NCBI GenBank assembly: GCA_001938485.1
Contig: MQRK01233142.1
Coordinates: 4,321-68,320, forward strand
Length of the DNA: 64,000 bases
Direction: 5' to 3'
From: Girardia tigrina
Lineage: Eukaryota
The translations under genes and the position numbers were made by a program. The notes under the pieces were generated by a model. That model ran no database searches. It was given only the letters and a program-made list of their open reading frames with translations, and was not told where the DNA came from. This document shows positions 55,457-64,000 of the stretch, in pieces; position 1 is the stretch's first letter, and each line of letters opens with the position of its first letter.

Positions 55457-55961
55457 TACTTAAAGTACGTTTCTAGATATAGCTTCCCATATTACCCTAT
55501 AACAATAATGATAAAATATTTCATAAGTCCTTATAATTTAAATATCAAGAAAAATAGTTCAATTCAAATCACAAGGAGAAATCTTAATTAAATATCTTAT
55601 ACGTAGCCGTTTCAGTGCGATGTTGAATAATTTACAATGCAAATAAAGGGTAAATTAAATTAGATTTAACACAAAAAAAAATAAATCGCAGGTGAAAGGT
55701 TCAAACATTTGATTTAATAAAATAGATAATGAATAAATTAATGCAAATTAGACATGGTGTCTTTATATAAAGAAACATTTTATATAATGAAACATCTCAT
55801 TGATGTGACTTGCGAAGATGAATAACGCTGATGCTATTTATGAAATATTTTTAATGATTTCACAAAATAAATAATTATTTTTATTGAGTAAACTGAAACA
55901 AAATAATTATTACACGTTCTAAACAAAAAGCTAAGTTTTATTGTCAAATTATTTAAGAGCC

Positions 55962-55994
55962 TGTCGAAGAGGTGTCGAAGAGGTGTCGAAGAGG
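55962..55994. repeat. 11-bp tandem repeat (tgtcgaagagg)x3
   Basis: Directly visible, perfect copies. Confidence 0.9.
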
Positions 55995-57496
55995 TCCACA
56001 AACAACTCGCGCGAATGGTACCAAGCTAGTCCCAGCAACCTGTGCCTTTTTGTTGTTTTATAAACATTTTTAATAAACATTTGTTTATTTCCCATGTATT
56101 TTTCTTTCATTTAAAAATGCTTTAATAATCTATTAAATGACAAAATGATTTAACTATAAAACATATTTTTGCTTGAAAAAATATTAAAATTTTAATGACA
56201 AAATAGTATGTCGTAATTTTGTCTTAAACAAGCAATCCTTACAATTTAAACCTTTCATATTTTCATCAAATTTTGAAATATTACCAAAACTGTTTTCTTA
56301 ATGTATAACTTTTAGTTAATATTTTTAAAAAGTTCATTGAAAATCTGTGAATTCTAAATACTTATTTATCACTTAACTTCCATGTTCCCATTAATGAATG
56401 AATATTGAATAGATAATAAATTAGAGTCGTTACTCTCACTAGTTGGTCTCAGTTTATTTTCCAGACATCAATGTTTTCACGTAAAATTTAATAATCAAAA
56501 TATTGTTTTTTTACAAAATGGTAGGTGGAATATGTTAGGTAAATATTATCATAATTTTAAATAGAAAATCTTTTTAATATAATGAATACTATATTTTAAA
56601 ATTCTACAAAAACTACGGTTTCTTTTTATTATTTACCTGAGTGATCAAAAAATAGGTGATTGCATTAAACATCAGTCATTTTGGCTGATCTGCTGATTTT
56701 GTTAAAATTTGTCTTGACATTTATTGTGGCAAGATACAGTATCATAAATACATATTCATATTCAAATCATCCTTTTTGTTTGAGTGTTAAAATGAAATCG
56801 GTAGAGTTATATATTGTACATTGGTAGTTTTACTGTAAATGGTCCTCTGATCCTTCGAAGGTATTAGGTCAAGATGTCTTCTAAGAGGTCCTGAGACGCT
56901 GAGGATATCTTAATATTGTTTTACACGAATGATTGAACTGATCGAATTTTTTAACAATACATAAAATGTGTTTATGTTCATTTTGGTATTTTTTAATGTT
57001 TTTTTAAAATTTACAATTGTCAATAATCACTCGTGCAAATATCCTATGTAACTAGAATCTAAATTTTTGTGGACACTAAGACTTATAAAACTAAGAGGCC
57101 CTTGCCCTCTAAACGAATGAGTGATTTTTAACGATATTAGTACATTAAATACAACTGACCAATTTGACGGCCCAATCTCTTCTAGCTGCTAACACCCCGG
57201 CTATGTAATTGTGAATGTTGATGAGGAACTCAACCAAACGTCGTTTCAACGTTACCGTAGTAGAAACATTATAATGCTTCTGATAGAAATACTATGGATT
57301 GATAACCTATATAAAATTTTTTTTGAAATTTAGGATAGAGCGGTTGGTTTGATATAAAAAAGTATACATATTTCCATAAAGCATATTAGTACAAAATTTA
57401 AAGAAAATGCTTGAAAGTAAACTTTTCATAAAATTTGATATTTTGTAACTTAATATTCGCAGTATATACACACATTAATTATTTTTATATGTTAAG

Positions 57497-58610
57497 GAAT
57501 CTCATCTGCTGAAAAATTACAATCAACAAAAAGATACATTTAACAACTATCAAACGAATCATTTGAAACTTAATCATAACAATAATCCAGTCGTCAATCA
57601 CCATTCATGCTACCATTGCTCATGTTCGACCCAGCAAACCTGTGTTCAAATGCCTTGTGATCAAATATGTAATCATCAGTGTTGTTCTCAATCACATATT
57701 CAACCATCAGTTCAACAATGTCATTGTTGCTACTGTAACCATTCTCATGTTGTTATGCATCCATCTTATTCACAATCACCCTATATGTGCTGCAGTCCAT
57801 CCAACTTTCTTCATCATTGCTCAATCTCGAAACCAGTCTGCTTACATTCGCTCTTTCCTTGCAATTCATCTCATTTAACTAATGATAATTGCACACAACT
57901 AATCCTTTGTAACTCTTGTCAAGCCAAAAATATTGGCCGATGTCAAAGTGCAAATTTAACCAACAATAATAACAACAAGGTATACTGGAGTAATTCTAAT
58001 CCCAATAAACAAACTCAGAATTTCCACACAAGTTCACAAAAATATAGATCGAAACCCGAATCCAAAATTCGTAATTACCGACATTCTCCTGTAAATCATT
58101 CTAAATCTACATCTATTCCTCCTCCTCCACCTCCACCACCATCGTCATTATATTCGAATAAAGAATTGCTTATGTACAAACCTAAACAAAAACGCCATTA
58201 TTCAAAGAGAATGTCAAACAATGGAAAAATGTGTACCCATTGTTCAGAAAAAATACCAACCTTAAATCAAGATACCTCAGATAATGTTCAGAATATAATA
58301 TATTCTCATCTTAATAACACTATTGCCTGTCATTCATCGAAAATAAATGAAAATAAAGATGTATTTCACCAAGTGAAGAATTCAGCGAACAGTTGTGAAA
58401 ACAGATTACGAAATTTTTCTAAAAATATTTCCTGGACTTCTCCAAATAAAAATCAACAAGAAAACCCTTTAGACAATTTCGACAATGAATGTCCGAGATT
58501 AAATAATGAACAAACTTATTCTTCTTCAAAAGAACAAAATATCTGTTTCCGAAATGCACCAGAGGTTCTCGACCGAAGATCCGCAGATATATATAGACAC
58601 AGATCGTCAA
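57497..58610 (+). CDS. Large internal coding exon: Cys/His-rich region, polyproline tract, low-complexity tail (product unknown; possibly same gene as 36308)
   Basis: Acceptor tgttaag|GAA in frame with ORF 57563..58639; consensus donor CAA|gtaagt at 58611; about 371 open codons. Confidence 0.75.
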
Positions 58611-60347
58611 GTAAGTTATTTATTTTTTTATACTTATAAAATTTGAGTGCTTAAGAAAAAGAATTTCATATGATCGAGTATTAAATTATTTTATTTTTAA
58701 AATTATACTTTATTCTGTAAATAAGGTAATTATTTTTATAACTACTTAATTTGAACAATTATATCTAAATTAATATTTTTCAAAATAATACAGTTAATAA
58801 TAATAATGATATTAATAATAATAATAATAATAATATTAATAATGCTGATTTAGAAAATATTTATTACTTTAAAAATTTAATTAATACTACATTTGATTTA
58901 GGATATCATTAATAAAAACGATTTAAGATCAAATAAAATATAAACTATACATTTATAAAAAATTGAGATTTTGTTTTCACAAATATTTTTTTCACTAAAA
59001 CCTTCCAAATTTGACATTCCGGATTATTTAAAAATTAATTGGTTTAGTAAATGCTGAATTTGTATTGCAAACAGAATTAATTTTAAAATAATTCTGTAAA
59101 TAAAAAATAATTAAAAAAAATATTTATTTCAAATAATTTAGTCTGAAAAAAATCAATATAATTGTAAATTTTTTATTCATTATTAATAATTTGAATTACT
59201 TTTTTTTAAAAATTATTTTGCCAAACTAATGACATGTTATATTATTTTATTTAAATTAATAATAACTTAAATAAAAAAATCAATATTTATTTTCTTCAAA
59301 AATTCATAGTTTAATTAAAACTAATAAGAGAAAGAAGATTGGAAATATTTTAATAATATATATATATATNNNNNNNNNNNNNNNNNNNNNNNNNNNNNNN
59401 NNNNNNNNNNNNNNNNNNNNNNNNNNNNNNNNNNNNNNNNNNNNNNNNNNNNNNNNNNNNNNNNNNNNNNNNNNNNNNNNNNNNNNNNNNNNNNNNNNNN
59501 NNNNNNNNNNNNNNNNNNNNNNNNNNNNNNNNNNNNNNNNNNNNNNNNNNNNNNNNNNNNNNNNNNNNNNNNNNNNNNNNNNNNNNNNNNNNNNNNNNNN
59601 NNNNNNNNNNNNNNNNNNNNNNNNNNNNNNNNNNNNNNNNNNNNNNNNNNNNNNNNNNNNNNNNNNNNNNNNNNNNNNNNNNNNNNNNNNNNNNNNNNNN
59701 NNNNNNNNNNNNNNNNNNNNNNNNNNNNNNNNNNNNNNNNNNNNNNNNNNNNNNNNNNNNNNNNNNNNNNNNNNNNNNNNNNNNNNNNNNNNNNNNNNNN
59801 NNNNNNNNNNNNNNNNNNNNNNNNNNNNNNNNNNNNNNNNNNNNNNNNNNNNNNNNNNNNNNNNNNNNNNNNNNNNNNNNNNNNNNNNNNNNNNNNNNNN
59901 NNNNNNNNNNNNNNNNNNNNNNNNNNNNNNNNNNNNNNNNNNNNNNNNNNNNNNNNNNNNNNNNNNNNNNNNNNNNNNNNNNNNNNNNNNNNNNNNNNNN
60001 NNNNNNNNNNNNNNNNNNNNNNNNNNNNNNNNNNNNNNNNNNNNNNNNNNNNNNNNNNNNNNNNNNNNNATATATATATATATATATATATATGTTATAC
60101 CGAATTTGTGTAAATGCCGGCAACTTTTTGCCGAATTCACGAACTCAGCAATTTTTTAAAAAATTTTTTAATTCAATTATGAAATTTATTATTATTTAAT
60201 ATGAAAAATGCTTTTAAAATACAAACTTTTGCAATTCAGGTTGCCACAAAGGAAGAAGTTTAAATAACTATGAATAAAAATTTTACATTTGGAATCTATT
60301 TTGCATAATAAATTAAGATTTTTTTCTTAATTTATTTTGTCATATTA

Positions 60348-61608
60348 TTAAGTTGGAAACTATGAAACGGGCGTTGAATGAAAATAAAAAAACGAAATGT
60401 CCTAATTTTCACATTATTTATTTTATTCAATTGAAGTAATTCTCATTGGCATCTACGACTTTTTGCCAACGATTGGGCAAATCATATATGCCTTCTTGAA
60501 AAAAATCTTTATTTTTGGAGTTAATAAACAATTCAGTCTTTTATAATATCATTTTCGTTATTGTATTTTTTTCTCTTAAAAATAATTCATAATTACGAAA
60601 AAGGTAGTAATCGGTCGGTGAAATATCAGGTGAATATGGAGGATGCAGTAAAATTTCATATTGTGGAGAATATAATTTGTCAACAGTAATCGAAGCTTTA
60701 TGGGATCTTGCGGTATCGTGCAATAAAATGGGGCTGTGCCGATTTAGCAATGCTGGTTGTTTTCTCATGCATGACATCAATTTCACGACAATAAGACATC
60801 GCTGTTATATTTTCTCCTGGTTGTAGAAAGAAATAATGGATCACTCTTTGGGCATTCCACCATATGGTGACCATAATTTTTTTGATAAAATTTTGGTTTC
60901 AGGGTGTGTCCTGGGGGTGTATTCTTCTACCCAATGGCTTGATCATTTTCGATTGTCATACAACAACCACTTTTCATCACAAGTGATGATTTGATGTAAA
61001 AATGACAACCGTGTATTGCGAAGTAACAAAGATGCGCACTTGCTTTTGCGGTCGATCATCTGCAGTTCCGTCAATTTGTGTGGCACATATGAATCCATTT
61101 TTTTACTTTATTTATTGCACGCAAAATTTTTAACACAGCTGTATTACTAGTTCCTCGTTTGGACCCAAGTTTTCGAATAGTTGTGTGTGGATCGGATTCC
61201 ACAGTTGTCCTTAATTTCTCATAATCAATATGGGTCGGTGGTCTACCTCGAGGCTCATTAACGATACTCAAAATCACAGAACGAAATTTTCGGAACCAAT
61301 ATCGAGCATTTTTTTCATTGGTTGATCCATCTCTGAATTCCTGATAAATTTTTCTTGAAGCTTGAGCTGCTGTACGATTTCATTTAAACTCGTACAAAAA
61401 GAGTAGATGCAAATTGCGTTTTGTTTCCATCTGGTTTAGGATAAAAATAACGTAAAAATGGGATACCAACACAAAAAAACTTTACAAAATGAGTAAGGAG
61501 AATACCTTTAAGCTTTATAAATAAAAATATTGAATTATTGAAATATTGAAATATCGCATATTAACACAGATTAAACAAAAAACGCCAGTTTCATAGTTAC
61601 CAACCTAA
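60348..61608 (-). mobile_element. Full-length degenerate mariner transposon (transposase about 61430..60427)
   Basis: TIRs ttaagttggaaactatgaaacgggcgtt / aacgccagtttcatagttaccaacctaa with TA TSD. Motifs LFLYEFK, EPRGRP, ITCDEKWLLYDN, LLHDTARSH, HPPYSPDISPTDY. Several stops and frameshifts. Confidence 0.93.
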
Positions 61609-61609
61609 T

Positions 61610-61780
61610 AAATTGATAATTTTTAATGATAAATTGATATTTTTGTCATATTAAATACAGAATTTTGTCATATTAAATACATATTTTTCATATTAAATTG
61701 ACTTTTTTCATATTTAATTGATATTTTTCATTTTAAATTCAGAATCTTTCATTTTAAATTGATAAAATTTCATTTTAATA
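61610..61780. repeat. Degenerate 21-22-bp minisatellite (aaattgatatttttgtcatatt-like), about 8 units
   Basis: Visible tandem units. Confidence 0.75.
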
Positions 61781-61863
61781 TAAAAAATATCATATAGTTA
61801 GTGCATTTGGAGAAATTGATCAGTTCACAAATTCGGCAATTACACTATTTCAGCAAACTGTTG

Positions 61864-61895
<32 letters not shown>

Positions 61896-63480
61896 TCTAA
61901 TGAACAAAAATTTGAAATTTTTAAAATTGATATTTGCTAAAGCTTTTAAAAATACACGTTAGAATTTCTAACTTAGAAATGTTTTGATTACAATCTTTGA
62001 TTCTCTTCATCAACTTTAATTATTGAGCCTGCTTTATTTTTACTATTTTCGGTGGTAATCAATGGATTATAGTGTCTTATTATAACCCATTAATATAACC
62101 AATTGATTAACATCCGAAATAGGAAAAGTCAATAGTAAAACTATTAATTATAATTAATTAATTAACAATATATCAAAATAATGTAAAAATTAAAGAGTGA
62201 TTAAATACAAAATCTAATCAATAATAATGTATAATCTCCTTTGAAATTAAAATTTGTCTAATAAATTTCAAATTGAGATCAGAAATTGTTATTATAAAAT
62301 ATAAATTTTTAATAAAATAAAATTAAAATTCTTCCATATTGTGTAAATATTTTTATTTACTTTTTCTCAAATGTCTATGATATCAAAAAAAACGACTTTT
62401 TTCATCATTTATCTTTATATAGTATAATACTTTTTTTGTTGGAAAAATTATTCAGCTAAAAATACGAAAAATAATTTTAACAATTTCAAAAATAACTATA
62501 AATAATATTTGAAAAATTTCATTTGTCTATTCAGGCTGAATCTACCACATTAAATTAATTTAGAGACAGATTTCTATTACCATTTATTATATATTTACGG
62601 GGAATAATCGACATACGAATCGTAATTTATTCCTAATTTTGAAGAAACTGAAAAATAGTCGACATACGAATGAGAAATTATATGGGAAATGTCGTCAAAC
62701 AAATGACTTCATCTGAATTTAAGCAGTTTCCTATTATTTCTATGTACTTAATAATGATTTTCAAAACAAGACAATAATGAAAACACGTTGACCAATACTT
62801 TAAAAATATCAAAAATATTAAAATTAAATAATAAATGTTTGGTTAAAATTTTAATAATTTATTTCCGTTACATAATATAATATAATATATAATAATAAAA
62901 ATAGTAATAAATAGTAATAATAGTAAAACTAATTTAAAAATAAATAGAGCAAAATATTTTATATTGGCAATAAGCAATTTGATGGGGTTAATTTATCAAA
63001 ATAATTTCTATTTCTTCCGTTACAGTTTTAGAATATGTTACCAAGTTTTGGAAAAATTCTGAAAGTTATAAATTGAATATTTTACAACAAATAATAAATA
63101 TTGGTGGTTGTTTTAACTTTTAGAAAATTTGCCAATTGTTGGTTGAAAAGAAATCATTTTTTAATATTTTGTCTATTTTAAATTCCAAAGGATTTCAAAA
63201 TCACGATTTTAGAACACACTTGTGGAAATACAACGTCCTAACATAAACATTCATTTCCTCGATGTGGGAGCAATTCTAGGAGAATATGTGATCTGATATC
63301 AATTTCCTTCGAAAAAAAACATTCTTTTTCTGTTTAAAATAAATTACCACTTTGGAAGACATTACAAAAAATGTCAAGTGTCCAATATAAGCACCATCTT
63401 TGAGTACGATTTGATAATGAAAATAGACTAAAATTATAAAAATTTGTTGTTTTTTATAAATATTTGACGATCATTTAATA

Positions 63481-64000
63481 TTAGGTTGGTCGAAAAATAA
63501 TGGCGGTTTTGGGACACAAACTTCAAAGACGTTCAAATTCACAGAAACAAAAGTTTATTAATCAAAGTATGAACCGTTGGCATCAATACATTNNNNNNNN
63601 NNNNNNNNNNNNNNNNNNNNNNNNNNNNNNNNNNNNNNNNNNNNNNNNNNNNNNTCTCGAAGCGACGAATTCTTGGAAGGCATTTTGAGCATCATTTTGG
63701 TTTTTGAAATTTTTTTCACGTAGGAAGTTGTACAAATGCCTGAAAAAGTAGAAGTTCGTTGGCGAGAGGTCTGATGAATATGGTGGTTGAAGCAGGGTTT
63801 CATAGCCCAAATCATTAAGCTTTTGAAGAGTCACTTTTGAAATATGAGGTCTAGCGTTATCATGAAGAAGGATGGGACTTTTTCGATTGACCAATCCCGG
63901 ACAAAGGGTTTTCAATTTATTTTGCATTTCATCAATTTCATGACAGTACCTCTCCGCTGTGATTGTTTCACCTGGATTCCAGAAACTATAGTGGATGATT
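63481..64000 (-). mobile_element. Mariner transposon (same family as 37589-38792), 3' half, truncated by window end
   Basis: Same TIR ttaggttggtcgaaaaataatggcggtttt after TA. Motifs PILLHDNARPH, PPYSSDLSPTNFYFF, CIDANGSYFD*. Confidence 0.95.

Larger units (their letters stand above)
60093..61862. mobile_element. TIR element flanked by (TA)n, hosting the mariner at 60348-61608 and a minisatellite
   Basis: ttgccgaattcacgaactcagcaattt (about 60128) is the inverted match of aaattgatcagttcacaaattcggcaa (about 61813). Confidence 0.6.

Noticed and set aside
59304-60140. ORFs of 257-278 aa
   Set aside because: N gap flanked by (TA)n; no coding evidence.
63026-63430. Possible downstream exon(s) of the plus-strand gene
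   Set aside because: A good acceptor but stops in all frames within a short distance; not assignable.

Overview
Very AT-rich eukaryotic (metazoan-like) genomic DNA with GT-AG introns (some only about 50 nt), several N gaps and dense, nested transposon debris. I found no rRNA, tRNA, CRISPR or operon-like structure. Only two host genes are supportable, arranged head-to-head around 35.3-36.3 kb. (i) A minus-strand, 5-coding-exon GAS2-like/Pigs-type actin-microtubule cross-linker with a CH domain, a GAR domain and two C-terminal SxIP motifs; I reconstructed about 605 aa with consistent splice phases. (ii) A plus-strand gene of unrecognised product, with a 1.1-kb first exon (36308-37435) and probably a second 1.1-kb Cys/His-rich, polyproline-containing exon (57497-58610). 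The rest comprises at least eight mariner (DD34D) copies or relics with four clearly distinct TIR types, Tc1 and IS630-like relics, MULE relics, Ty3/Gypsy fragments with PBSs, two Penelope-like relics (one followed by decayed hammerhead-like motifs), Helitron-like repeats, MITEs and a TGTGAGG-ended TIR family. I see no convincing wholly new biological system. The best leads are the orphan Cys/His-rich gene paired with GAS2L, the multiple young mariner families, and the Penelope/hammerhead relic.
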